From contig JAXHMY010000009.1 of assembly GCA_034520965.1 (NCBI GenBank), forward strand, positions 224,557 to 288,556: a DNA stretch of 64,000 bases. Reading direction: 5' to 3'. The position numbers and the translations under genes were made by a program. This document shows, one piece after another, positions 33,426-44,230 of the stretch. This stretch comes from Spirochaetia bacterium. Its GTDB lineage: Bacteria; Spirochaetota; Spirochaetia; DSM-16054; Sediminispirochaetaceae. Below the pieces are notes generated by a model. That model did no database searches. It was not told where the DNA came from and saw only the letters and a list, made by a program, of their open reading frames with translations. Position 1 is the stretch's first letter. The number at the start of each line of letters is the position of its first letter.

Positions 33426-34982
33426 ATGAAACGTGCAATTCTTGTTTTTATGTTTTCCCTGGTTTTGGCGGTAACCGCTGGTGCCGACGACGGCAGCTGG
33501 AACAAATCCTTTTCCGTCCAGGGCGGCAGCATCTACAGCGATACTGATCATCCCGACATTTCCCTTGACAAAGAACTACTGGTCTTCGATGGTGAAAAAA
33601 CCACTGCCGTATTCCTTTTTCGAAACACATCACAAAAGGCAGTCACCGTAGAATGCGGGTTTCCGGTCCGCCATGAGATTGACTGCTACGACAGCGGAAC
33701 CTACCTGAAAATTCCTTCGGGTCCCTACGGGGTAGGCAGGCCGAATGCCCTTGACTGGTTCGAAACGGTACAGCTGTACGACCCGGAAGAGATAGACGAG
33801 ACGATGTATTCCCTTCCTGAGGGAATACTGCTGAACGACTTCAACAACAGCCGGGAATTTATCGACCCCGGCGACGCTGGGGCGGAGGTGGACTTCCGGA
33901 TAAGCGTCGACGGCAGGCAGGTGCCTATCACCGGTGTGCTGCTGGAACGGTCCGCCTCAAAGCTGGGCGCCGCCATCACCTGGCATTTCCGCCATGCCCT
34001 TTCCTTTAAACCCGGAGAACTAAAGGAAGTCCGGGTGGAATACCGGCAGGACACCCTCTACGGCGGCGGTTGGGGCGATGTGTACCGCTGGGATTACATC
34101 ATAGGCACCGGGGCCACCTGGAAGGGACCGATTGGCATTTTTCTGCTGGTCCTACCCTCCGGGTGGCAGGGGTACCCGCCCTACCTGGAGCTTCTGGCAG
34201 AAACCGACGGCTTTCTGGTATTTGGCCGGCGAGACTGGGAACCGAACAGAATCGATTCCTTTTCTTTGACAGGCTTTTCCGTTGGCCACATGGAGAAGTA
34301 CGAATTTCTGGAAAACAAGCTTCCGGAGCTTAAAACCATGTGGCATACCGGCTCCCTGGAGGTCATGCAGCCCCTTGAGCCCGTACAGCCCCTGGTGAAG
34401 GGGGTGACCGCCTCCTCTTCCCTCCCCGACCGGCTGAATATTTTTACCGCTGAAGGAGTCGTGGACAGTGCGGGGTTCGGCCCCGTTTCGGCCTTCGATG
34501 GCCTTTCGGAAACCTCCTGGTGCGAAGGTGCTTCCGGCGACGGCATCGGTGAATACCTGCAATGCACCCTGGCCGAACCTGTGTGGAGTATTACCATTCG
34601 CAGCGGTTTTACCCGCTTTCCCGCCGCCGACTGGATGTTTGCAGATGATTCCTTCGAACATTCCATCCGGGACGACACAATGGGTATCAAAGACTACTTC
34701 TCCATGAACAACCGGGTGAAAACCCTGGAAATTTCCACCCCAGGCGGCGAGGTGCTGTATACCCTTAACCTGGCAGACCGGCGGGACGCCCAGACCTTCT
34801 CCGGTATATTCCTCCCGGCGAAAACCCTGCACTTTATCATCCGGGAGGTTTACCCGGGCAGCCGCTGGAGCGACACCTGCCTGGCGGATATAAGTTTTAC
34901 ACCAGTACAATCCGCACCGACCCTGATTCCATGGCTGGAGGACCCATTCTTCGAGGAGAACCTTAAGGGTTTCAGGTTTTAG
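33426..34982 (+). CDS. exported protein (DUF4424-like N-terminus, discoidin/glycan-binding-like C-terminus)
   Basis: GGAGG RBS, signal peptide, YIIGTGATWKGPI, AFDG..TSWCEG..GDGIGEY, NNRVK. Confidence 0.6.
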   Translation: MKRAILVFMFSLVLAVTAGADDGSWNKSFSVQGGSIYSDTDHPDISLDKELLVFDGEKTTAVFLFRNTSQKAVTVECGFPVRHEIDCYDSGTYLKIPSGPYGVGRPNALDWFETVQLYDPEEIDETMYSLPEGILLNDFNNSREFIDPGDAGAEVDFRISVDGRQVPITGVLLERSASKLGAAITWHFRHALSFKPGELKEVRVEYRQDTLYGGGWGDVYRWDYIIGTGATWKGPIGIFLLVLPSGWQGYPPYLELLAETDGFLVFGRRDWEPNRIDSFSLTGFSVGHMEKYEFLENKLPELKTMWHTGSLEVMQPLEPVQPLVKGVTASSSLPDRLNIFTAEGVVDSAGFGPVSAFDGLSETSWCEGASGDGIGEYLQCTLAEPVWSITIRSGFTRFPAADWMFADDSFEHSIRDDTMGIKDYFSMNNRVKTLEISTPGGEVLYTLNLADRRDAQTFSGIFLPAKTLHFIIREVYPGSRWSDTCLADISFTPVQSAPTLIPWLEDPFFEENLKGFRF

Positions 34983-35260
34983 ACCTGCCGGCGAACTAAC
35001 CCGGGGTGTCTATTGCGTGAAGTTGAGGGCAGTAGCCGTAAGGTTTTATGGTCATAGCCCACCTCAGGTTTTTGCGAAGCAAAATATCTGCTCTACCCCA
35101 TATAAGGGACTACAGACTTTTGTAGATATTCCCTTTTCAGGCGAAAGAGGCCTGGATAGCTTCGTAAAAAGCTTTAATAAGTCGATTGCCGCCGATTTAG
35201 CTAATATAAGTTTGATTTTTAGCTATTGCATGTGTTATGCTTAATCGATAGTTAGCTAAT

Positions 35261-36056
35261 GTGGAGACAGGCATGTACGTATCCGCGACCACAATGCAGA
35301 ACGGTTTCGGGAAGTATCTGAGACTCTGCAAGAAGGAAAACGTGATTATTTCGAAGAACGGGAAAAAGCGGGCCCTGTTGCTCTATTACCCGAGGAGCCA
35401 CGACGGATACGAGGGCGGGAGAGCCGGTCTGCGGCTACGAGACCAGCCCGAAGAAGCGGCCGGAAAATTGGGTGACCTACCGCGAAATTTCTTCGAGATG
35501 ACCGAAAACAAGCGAGAAACGGTATGAACTGATTGACGGTGTGGTCTGATCTTATGGCCTCGCCGGGGTTTACGCATCAGGTTGTTGTAGGAGAACTTTT
35601 GACAATTTTTAGGCACGTATTTCGAGGGTAACCAGTCATGCGCCCCCTACCTCTCCCCTTTCGATGTCGACCTTATTGAGGCAGCCGTTTGATGGAGGAA
35701 CGGAAGGTGACCGAAGGACGACATGGACGTGGTCGAACCGGGCTTGATGGTGCTCTGCGACCCGGAAAAGATGTGAACGAGAAAAAGGACCGGTAGAGGG
35801 GGACCCCGGAGCTGGTGGTGGAAATCCTCTCTCCGTCGACCAGGAGCAAGGAGCATGGTGAAAAAGCTCGATCTGTACATGGAGAGCGGTATCAGAGGAG
35901 TTCTGGATTATCGACCCGAAACTGAAAGCGGTACCGGGTGTTCGACTTCCCGGGATTACGATCTGGCTGAGGATGCGCATTTCGGTGCGGGTGAGAGAGC
36001 GGAGTCGTCCCGGTATCCCGGCCTTTCGGGGGGTGTGGACGGGCTGCTGGAGTAAC
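35261..36056 (+). pseudogene. Phd/YefM antitoxin fused to Uma2-like endonuclease, heavily frameshifted
   Basis: VSATTMQNGFGKYL..VIISKNGK; downstream pieces YELIDG, PELVVEILSPST, KKLDLYMESGI. Confidence 0.65.
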
Positions 36057-36061
36057 AGAGG

Positions 36062-36330
36062 CCTTAACCGATTATTTGAAATTGAAAAACGACGCGGGTT
36101 TGGAAAAGAGATTAAAAGCGGTACGAAGGGCCCTTGCGTATTTGGAAAAAGATCCACGACACCCATCATTGCACACACATGAATATACTTCACTTACCCG
36201 AATGTGTGGGAAAAAAGTTTTTGAAGCATACGCGGAAAATCAAGACAGCAGCGGCATATAGAATATTCTTGGCGCCACGGGTCCGGAGTCCAGGATGATA
36301 ACAATCCTGGCAATTACTTCCCATCCTTAG
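36062..36330 (+). pseudogene. RelE-like toxin remnant
   Basis: LEKDPRHPSLHTHEY, KVFEAYAEN, then YRIFW/ITILAITSHP in another frame. Confidence 0.5.
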
Positions 36331-36748
36331 CACATCTTTCGGCGGCCCCCGCCGGAGGCCGTCACCCCAGCCGCGGCCGCGGCCTCCGACCCCACCGGCA
36401 CTATAGCCCAGCCGCAGCCACCGCCTCCGGCGGGGCCGGGCTTTCCGCTGCAATGGCCTCTCCCCGGCTTCTTTTTCCGGCTTGCTCCGCGCCGCCGGGA
36501 AGCCGGGGGCCATTTCCGCTGCAATCCCTGCCGCCCGGGAAAGAGAGAAACCGGGTACTCTCATTCCCCGGCTCTGCACCCATCTCAAGTACTTTGATCC
36601 TCCATTTATCGTTCTATAGGTGTCTACCGTAAAGCAGGATACCCCTTTATACGAGAAGGGAATAGAATAGGGTTCCAGTAACAACGGTAAAAAATTTTCA
36701 TAAAATTGTGGTTTTGTAATTATTATTCATGGAGTATAATTATTATTC

Positions 36749-38289
36749 ATGAAGCAGAGTAATAGTAAGTTTTTTTCAGAGCCGGTAACGTTTTTTCACG
36801 AGCGACGGCTCCCTGAGAGGGGAATTCCCACGGGGTATGCGGCCCTCATCGATGCCTATGGTATTGAAGAGTGCCCCTTCCATGTCGCCTCTGTGCTATC
36901 GGTGGGCGCCACAGTTGATGAAGGAGAGGGGTGGTGGAGGCTGTTTACCCGCGCCACAGCCCGGAGGCTTCGCTCAACGGGCAGCTTACCTTTGCCCTCA
37001 AATACGAGGGCATCGACCTGGTTGTGCTGAACCGCCTTTTTATGAAGGTATCGATGGATGATATTGTATCGATCGTGCAAGGTTCTCCCACTGGAGTATA
37101 CGCTCGCCGGCTGTGGTTTCTCTACGAGTGGCTCACCGACAGGCGTCTGCCTCTCGAAGACCTTTCACAGAGCAGCTATGTGGAGGTTGTGGACCCGAAG
37201 ATGCAACTGACGATAACCGGAGAACGGGTAAGGCGCCAGCGGGTGGTCAATAACCTTCCCGGCACTCCACAGTTTTGTCCCCTGGTATACCGTACTGAAA
37301 AAATAGAGGAGTATTTGAATAAAAATCTCAAGGAAAAGGCCTATATGCTTATAGGCCGTATAACCCGCGATGTAGTTTCGAGGACGGCGGCTTTTCTTCT
37401 GCTGAAAGATTCGAGGGCGAGCTATCGCATCGAGGGGGAGGAGCCGCCGCAAAACCGCATTCAGCGGTGGGGTAGAGTGATCGGCGAGGCGGGTGTGATA
37501 CCCGTTAGTGTGGATGAACTGGTTCGACTGCAGAAGATCGTTCTCGGTGACAGGCGCTTCGTGGAGTCTGGTCTTCGCGAACATGGGGGTTTTGTAGGAG
37601 AGCATGATCGAGATACCGGCATGCCTATCCCAGAGCATATAAGCGCGAGGGAGGACAATCTGGAGAACCTGCTCGATGGTCTCATAAAGTTTGACAGACA
37701 GGTGCATGGGGAGCTGGACCCGGTGGTCGCTGCCGCCTGCCTCTCCTTCGGCTTCGTGTACATCCATCCTTTCGAAGACGGCAACGGACGGATTCACCGG
37801 TATCTCATCCACCACGTCTTGGCACAGGCAGGGTACAACCCGCCGGGCTTAGTCTTTCCTGTTTCCGCGATCATACTCGATCGCATAGAAGAATACAGAG
37901 AGATCCTTCAGCAGTACTCTCACAAGCTGCTTCCTCTCATCGACTGGGAAATAAGTGAAGACAATAATGTTCGAGTAAAAAACAGAACCGATGATCTGTA
38001 TCGTTTCTTCGATGCTACAGTCCATACCGAGTTCCTCTTCTCCTGTGTAGAGCGGACGATAGAGATAGACTTGCCTGAAGAGGTTGAATTTCTGAGAAGA
38101 TACGATGAGTTTCGCCTGGGAGTGGAGTCTATGGTTGATATGCCGGATGCAACCATCCATCTACTTTTCAGATTTCTCAGGCAAAACGATGGTACCCTCT
38201 CAAGACGGGCGAGAGAGAATGAGTTTGCAGAGTTGCAGGAGGACGAGGCAGAGAGGATAGAAGAGTTGTATAGAAAAACCATGGGCTAA
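36749..38289 (+). CDS. Fic-family protein (5' frameshifts)
   Basis: HPFEDGNGRIHR; FALKYEGID, YARRLWFLYEWL. Confidence 0.88.
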
Positions 38290-38382
38290 CAGGAATAGCC
38301 TGCAAAACGGAAATTACAACGGCTACAACAACGTGGCTTTCACTCTTTTTATCGTTCTTTTCTTTGTCGGCGGCTGGGCGGG

Positions 38383-39717
38383 TCAATCGCCTCGAGGAAA
38401 GCTTCGATCCTGCCGGCAAGGTAGTAGGGGAGGCTGTAGAGGGTAAAAGCCTTTCCTGACCGTGCTGTACCGTATCGGTCCTCTCCTTTCCCGCGTAGAG
38501 GCGAAACGCCGCGGAGAGCTCCGATACATCCATAAATTGGTGAAGTGACCGTAATGTGCCGGTTTTACCGGCCTTTGTCTCGATCGGATACAAGGACCCT
38601 TCAAAGGGATACACAAAATCGACCTCCGCACTCGAACCGCTTTCGCCGCACCCAGAAGCGCGGTTTTTCGAGCTTGCCGGTTTTGCGCGAAAGGAGCTCC
38701 TGCCCGACGATCTGCTCGGCGAGGCGTCCCCTGTAGAGGGAGTTCAAATCGTCTATACCTATGTCAGTGCCCTGCAGCCCGGCGGAATAGTTCAATAGTC
38801 TGTATATCGATAATCTGCAGTCGGGGCGACTCTTTCGGTCGGGGTAGAGCGGGCACGCAGGTATCTGTACTCGGATAGAGCAGATAGAGGAACATCGCCC
38901 GTTTTAGGTGTCGCAGGGCCTCGCCCATTTCCCGTGATCTGTAGTTCGAATTACCGAAGCCCTGAAATTTGATTCGAGTGCCGGTTTCATTTGCCGCGGA
39001 TTCGATTACATGGCGAAGGGATTGATAGCTCGAAGGACTGCTCGAATATTTTGCCGCATCGTCGATATACGAGGTAAGGAGCCCCTCATAGATTCTCTCA
39101 AGCCTCCTCACGTCGCCATGGGTGCGGTAGTGCGCGCACACCTCCGGCATTCCTCCGATCATGCTGTATTCGTGAAAATACTCCATTAGTGTGGTGTGTG
39201 CATAGGGTGGAACCGGTAATTTCCTGTATGCCTCGAGCGGCTTGGTGGTATCGAGATTGTCCAGATACTCTTCGAAATCGAGGGGAAAGATATACAGGTA
39301 TTCGACTCGGCCGACAGGGAAGGATACCGAATAGCTATCGATATATACTTCGAGAAGTGAGCCGGCACAGACTACCGGAAGTTCCGGTGCCTCTTCATAA
39401 AAAAAACGCAGGTATGCAATAGCCTCCGGAGAGTTTTGAATCTCATCTATACACAGCAGAGTCGACTCCTCCTGGAGATCTGCGTCTTTAAGGAAGAAAA
39501 TACCCTCGAGAAGCTTCTGAAATGGAAGATCCTGCGAGAAAATATCTCTGTCATCGCGTTTCTCGAGGTTCAGATAGATAAACTGTGTAAAGTTTTCTGC
39601 AAACTTTTCTATGGCCGTCGTTTTCCCAACCTGCCGCGCTCCCCGCAGAATAAGAGGTTTTCTCTCCTCCCGGTCATACCACTCGGCAAGGTCTTTTTCG
39701 ATTCGTCTTCTTAGCAT
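38383..39717 (-). CDS. AAA_14 ATPase with DUF4143 C-terminus, frameshifted
   Basis: GARQVGKT, IDEIQ, FPVGRV, GGMPE; GRLAEQIVGQEL and PIETKAG in other frames. Confidence 0.85.
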
Positions 39718-39875
39718 AGATAAAGTATAACATTTATAAACTTGTTTGTAAGGTTTTACCCACTAATTATTACACTATTTGTATTATATTGGGGGTAATA
39801 TAAGCTAAACCAGGTTTTTTGTGTGGAAAAGGGAAACCGGGGAGACGGGCGGATTTCCATGCTCGCTCCGCAGCG

Positions 39876-39915
39876 ATTCTAAATTTGGAAGTCTTTTGAC
39901 TTCCAAATTTAGAAT
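39876..39915. repeat. REP-like perfect hairpin, copy 2
   Basis: ATTCTAAATTTGGAAGTC-tttt-GACTTCCAAATTTAGAAT. Confidence 0.85.
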
Positions 39916-39967
39916 TCGCATCAATTTCTTTGCGGAATTTTCAATATCTCAACGTTTGGAGGCATTT

Positions 39968-40001
39968 CATTTTGGATAGTGTAATTACACTATCCAAAAT
40001 G
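39968..40001. repeat. perfect palindrome abutting the IS110 left end
   Basis: CATTTTGGATAGTGTAA/TTACACTATCCAAAATG. Confidence 0.85.
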
Positions 40002-40101
40002 AGACAATATGAAGTGACCCCCGTGTTTGCAAAATCGTGGATTAGCCTGCAAAATGGTAAAACACAATGGCAAACACGCCACATACAAACAGGAGGCCAC
40101 T

Positions 40102-41200
40102 ATGAACAGTGTAATTTATGTAGGAATGGATGTCCACAAGGAGACGGTATTCATCGTCGGGTATAAGAATGGCGAACAGGTCCCATCGATAGTCGTTCAG
40201 AAGAAAAACAGGGAAAGTGAGCTGCGCAAATATTTTAAGAAGCTCCAGGAAAGGGTGAGCTTCTGTGCTGCTATGAAGCAGGGGCCAAGCGGTTACAGTA
40301 CCTATCGGATGCTCGAAGGTATGGGCATTGCCTGTCTTGTTGCAGCCCCGGGACTGATTCCAAAAAAACCATCAGAGCGAATAAAAACCGACAAACGGGA
40401 CGCCGACATGCTTGCCCGTAATTTGCGTTCCGGACAGTTCGACAGGGGTTCACATTCGCACCAGAGCCGATGAGGCGGTGCGTGAGTTTCTGCACGTCAG
40501 GGATGATGTACAAAGACGAGCAGAGACGCTACAAGCAGAAAAATCTCAGTCTTCTGCTTCGTCATGGTCTGATCTACCGTGATGGGGATAATTGGACAGG
40601 AAAACACCGACTGTGGATTAAGAAAGCCATCGCAGAGCTCAACTCATTGCAGAAAGAGACTGTAAAGGAGTACCTGGGGCATCTGGACTACATCACTGAA
40701 AATATTAAACGAATCGACCAGCGCATTGAAGCCCTTGCCTCTGAAGGGCGCTATAGGGAAAAGTGAAAAGGCTGATGGCCATTAAGGGGATTGGAACCTT
40801 TACCGCTTATCGATCATTGCCGAAATAAGTGATTTTCGGCGATTTGCCAAGCCCTCGCAGTTCATGAGTTATCTTGGTTTGGTACCGGCTGAACACTCCA
40901 GTGGAGAACGTCGTCGTCAGAACGGAATTACAAAATCAGGAAATAAGCGTTTGAGGCGCCTGTTGGTAGAAAGTGCCTGGCATTGTTGCACCTGATGATC
41001 CCTCCTCAAAGCGACTGATAAAACGAAGACGAGAAGTAGATCCTCAGGCAAGAGCGTATGCCGATAAAGCAGGGAAAAGACTTTCGCGGCGATATCAGCA
41101 CCTTCTGTTTACAGGAAAACCTTCACAGAAGGTTGCTACGGCAGTTGCACGTGAGCTTTGCGGTTTTATTTGGGGAGTAATGAGAGAACAAACAACGTAG
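40102..41200 (+). CDS. IS110 DEDD transposase/recombinase, several frameshifts
   Basis: YVGMDVHK, APGLIPKKP..IKTDKRDA, GLVPAEHSSG..GITKSGN, AVARELCGFIW. Confidence 0.9.
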
Positions 41201-41209
41201 AGGTTTAAC

Positions 41210-41440
41210 TGAGTTTTGAAACCGAGGGGTAGAATGGATAGAGGAATACGAGAAGAAGCGAAGGAGAGATCCCTTCGAGCTATTCTGAAGGCCTCTCTTT
41301 TGGTAGGAGGGGATGCTTCGAATTGAGACAGAGGCAAGCTCCCGCCGATCACATTCAGCTGCGCAGATAACTCAATCACGCAGAATATCGGTCTGTACAT
41401 CGGCGGTTGCATGTATTCACTACTATCTTTTTCTCCCTCT
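41210..41440 (+). ncRNA. candidate bridge/seek RNA of the IS110 element
   Basis: structured right end, e.g. CCGCCGAT..TGCG..CGCA..ATCGGCGG stem with large internal loop; position as expected for IS1111-type elements. Confidence 0.55.
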
Positions 41441-41792
41441 CGGTCTTATAAAGAAGGGGGTCTGATAAACTTTTACTATAGAATACTTGACAAGGGTGAC
41501 AACATAGATCAGAGACTAGCTGCGCCGCTGCTCCGGGAAAAGGGTTTACCGGAGAGGACTACCGATGGCCGATTCTACGAAGAAAGATCGGGAATCATTT
41601 TCTCTACACCGGTATGCATAAAATCTCTTCTTAAACTCTGTCGAGTTAGCATATCCAAGGAATAAAAACAGCAATGTCTCCTTTTCGGAAAGTTCTTCAT
41701 ACTTCAATCATACTAAACCATTGCAAAGTCGGGCTAATCCGGATACCGATTACCGTTTCAAAACGGACAGTCATTCCGGCGCAAAGCGGACT

Positions 41793-41872
41793 GATTTGTG
41801 CCGATTTTGGGCGGCAGGCCTCAGTTTTCCCCAGTTTTCGCCTTGACGCCTCGGATAACTTTTCCTATCATT
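41793..41872 (+). repeat. 80-bp promoter-bearing repeat, copy 1 (TTGACG-N17-TATCAT)
   Basis: near-identical to 55887-55966. Confidence 0.85.
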
Positions 41873-41889
41873 GATTGACGGTACACACT

Positions 41890-42333
41890 ATGGCTCATGA
41901 CGCAGAAAAGCTCCGTAGCATTATCACACTTGACTCGGAACTCAACAAGATCCAGGACGTTGATATTCTCCTTGAACGGATCCTGACCGAGGCGCGCCGC
42001 GTCGCAAACGCGGACGCCGGTTCAATTTACGTGGTTGACGGTGACGAGCTGGTTATCAACTACGCGCAGAACAACACCAAGCAGGAGGAACTCCCGACGG
42101 GGCAGAAACTGATCTACCGCGTCTTTCGGGTGCCGTTGTATACCGCCACCGTGCCCGCATACGCCGCCACCAAGGGGCAACCGGTCAACATTTCCGACGT
42201 GTACGAGATTCCCGCCTCGGCGCCGTACGGCTTTCATCCCTCCTACGACACGCTCTCCGGGTATCGCAGTCAGTCGATGCTGGCGATTCCGCTCAAGATT
42301 AACACCGGGGAGAACAGCAATGAATTTTATTGA
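41890..42333 (+). pseudogene. GAF-domain N-terminal fragment (HD-GYP phosphodiesterase-like), truncated
   Basis: DILLERILTEARR..ADAGSIY, NISDVY, GYRSQSMLAIPL, then runs into the next gene. Confidence 0.7.
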
Positions 42334-42874
42334 GCTTGCCGAACAACGCTACAGCCTGAGGAAGTATGCCGATACTCCGGTGCCCGGGGAGGCAGCTGTA
42401 CGCTGTGCAGAGGCTGCCCGGCTTGCCCCATCCGCCTGCAACGCTCAGCCATGGCACTTTGTCCTGGTGGACAAAGCGGAGAAGATTCGCGAACTGGGGA
42501 AGGCGGCCACTTCGCCCGGACTGCCAATAAACTCCTTCGTCCGAAAGGTACCGATGATCGCGGTGCTGGTAACGGAAAAGCCCAATATAACCAGTCGCAT
42601 AGGGGCGTATCTGAAAAATATCCCCTTTCACTTTACGGACACCGGGATAGCTGCCGAACACTTCTGTCTGCAGGCAACGGAGGAGGGGATGGGAAGTTGC
42701 ATGATCGGGTGGTTTGATGCAACACGGGTGAAGAATATACTCGGTGTCCCGGAAGCAAAGACCATTGCTCTGCTCATAACCCTTGGATACCCTGCAGGGG
42801 AGAAGATACCGAAGAAGAGGAGAAAGCCGATTGAAGAGATGCTCTCCTGGAACGGATACGTGAAAGAGCTGTGA
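42320..42874 (+). CDS. nitroreductase family protein
   Basis: RYSLRKY, APSACNAQPW, GMGSCMIGWF, LGYP. Confidence 0.9.
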   Translation: MNFIELAEQRYSLRKYADTPVPGEAAVRCAEAARLAPSACNAQPWHFVLVDKAEKIRELGKAATSPGLPINSFVRKVPMIAVLVTEKPNITSRIGAYLKNIPFHFTDTGIAAEHFCLQATEEGMGSCMIGWFDATRVKNILGVPEAKTIALLITLGYPAGEKIPKKRRKPIEEMLSWNGYVKEL

Positions 42875-42902
42875 CCCGCGTTTTCTTGAAGTTGAGGACG
42901 GT

Positions 42903-43097
42903 ATGGTAGGCTGGTACACGCTTGTCATTGGTTCAGTAGCGGCCATGTTCGTTGTTATGTTTCTGGGTGGCGATTCGAATGTCGCTGGAGTAACGGTGCT
43001 CTTGCTTTTGGCTGTGTTCCTTTTGATTGTGCTCTTTTCCGGTTGGGTCTGGAAATCGTTGATAGTCCATCGAAAAAGACTGCGAAGTGACCAATAG
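42903..43097 (+). CDS. small membrane protein
   Basis: two hydrophobic segments; GAGG RBS. Confidence 0.4.
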   Translation: MVGWYTLVIGSVAAMFVVMFLGGDSNVAGVTVLLLLAVFLLIVLFSGWVWKSLIVHRKRLRSDQ

Positions 43098-43398
43098 ACG
43101 ATGTAAAAATACAGAGTAATCTGCGGTAATTAATGAAGCACTATAACGAGCATTTCAAGGAAAACGTGCATATGCCGGACGCTTGCCCGGGCAGGAGCCG
43201 AAGGCTCCGACCAGGGTTCGATGCATGCGTCTTCCTGGCAGAGCTCACACCCGGTCGCAAGGGCGCTACGGATCGTACTCTTTCCGAGACAGGTGCGTAC
43301 CGCAGCCTGTGAGGAACGCACCGACAATCAAAGGTGCCTGGTAGACCATGCCACATTGTCGGGATCGTTCCTCGCTTCGGTCCGGTACGACCCTCGAT

Positions 43399-43538
43399 AT
43401 GACATACTGCTTAGGAGGGAAACTTTCTATCTTTATTAGACATATTAGTCTTGTGTACTGGGGATTAGTGGTCCTATCGGCGACGATTTATCATATAGGG
43501 CATATACTTCATGTCATAGTGTGGTAATTTGTTGTAAT
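43399..43538 (-). repeat. tRNA-Arg-fragment/arm repeat copy A (most degenerate)
   Basis: ATGACATACTGCTTAGGAGG followed by sequence homologous to copies B and C. Confidence 0.75.
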
Positions 43539-43630
43539 CAAGAGCGAATACAATTTCATTATAGCTGGTTTCGATCAGGACAAAAGGCCCATTTGCTTGT
43601 TATACTAAACGTAGAGGGGTTGTTTGTGTA

Positions 43631-43885
43631 ATGAATCCGGAGAAAGTTTTACGTCTAATAGTACAGGGCAGGAAGGGGATCCGTTTTTCCGACTTTATCA
43701 GGCTCATTGAAGCATTTGGTTTTACCCTTGACCGCGAAAGCGGGAGTCATCATATTTTCAAGAGAGAAGGAATAGAAGAGATGGTCAACATTCAGAATTA
43801 TAAAGGAGAGGCAAAGCCGTATCAGGTCCGCCAGTTCCTGGAAATAGTCGAGAAATACGGATTTTCATTGGAGAAAAGAGAATGA
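43631..43885 (+). CDS. hicA: HicA-family toxin
   Basis: GFTLDRESGSHHIF, AKPYQVRQ. Confidence 0.88.
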   Translation: MNPEKVLRLIVQGRKGIRFSDFIRLIEAFGFTLDRESGSHHIFKREGIEEMVNIQNYKGEAKPYQVRQFLEIVEKYGFSLEKRE

Positions 43886-44097
43886 AAGATTACTATATCA
43901 GCATTTTCTACAGTGAGGAAGATGAAGCATATGTGGCCGATATTCCCGACCTCAAATACTGTTCTGCAGTGGGTGAAACTCCTGAACAAGCCCTGCAGGA
44001 GGTCCTTCAGGCGAAAGAGGCCTGGATAGCTTCGGCAAAAGCTTCGAATAAGCCGATTCCCTCTGCCAGATTCAAACCTGTTCATTATCAGGTCTAA
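43882..44097 (+). CDS. hicB: HicB-family antitoxin
   Basis: YVADIPDLKYCSAVGETPEQAL..PIP; ATGA overlap with hicA. Confidence 0.88.
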   Translation: MKDYYISIFYSEEDEAYVADIPDLKYCSAVGETPEQALQEVLQAKEAWIASAKASNKPIPSARFKPVHYQV

Positions 44098-44146
44098 GTG
44101 TTCTGTCCCGGTCTTTTACGAGTTTTTGTCACACCCAGGCGAAAGA

Positions 44147-44173
44147 AAAGGCTCCTCATTATGAGGAGCCTTT
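44147..44173. terminator. hairpin/terminator after hicB
   Basis: AAAGGCTCCTCA-tta-TGAGGAGCCTTT. Confidence 0.7.
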
Positions 44174-44188
44174 GTATATAATTATAAT

Positions 44189-44230
44189 TACCCGGACGCG
44201 ATTCGAACGCATGACCTACTGCTTAGGAGG
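44189..44230 (-). tRNA. 3' half of tRNA-Arg(CCT), fragment only
   Basis: minus strand CCTCCTAAGCAGTAGGTCATGCGTTCGAATCGCGTCCGGGTA: anticodon loop and T-arm. Confidence 0.8.

Larger units (their letters stand above)
40002..41508 (+). mobile_element. IS110-family (IS1111-like) element
   Basis: AGA at both junctions; subterminal imperfect IRs TATGAAGTGACCC (40008-40020) / GGGTGACAACATA (41494-41506); TTGACA near right end; ~300-nt non-coding right end. Confidence 0.75.

Noticed and set aside
36330..36560. Very GC-rich intergenic stretch with many short stems
   Set aside because: Pairing is expected at this GC content; no recognisable RNA family or consistent ORF could be supported.
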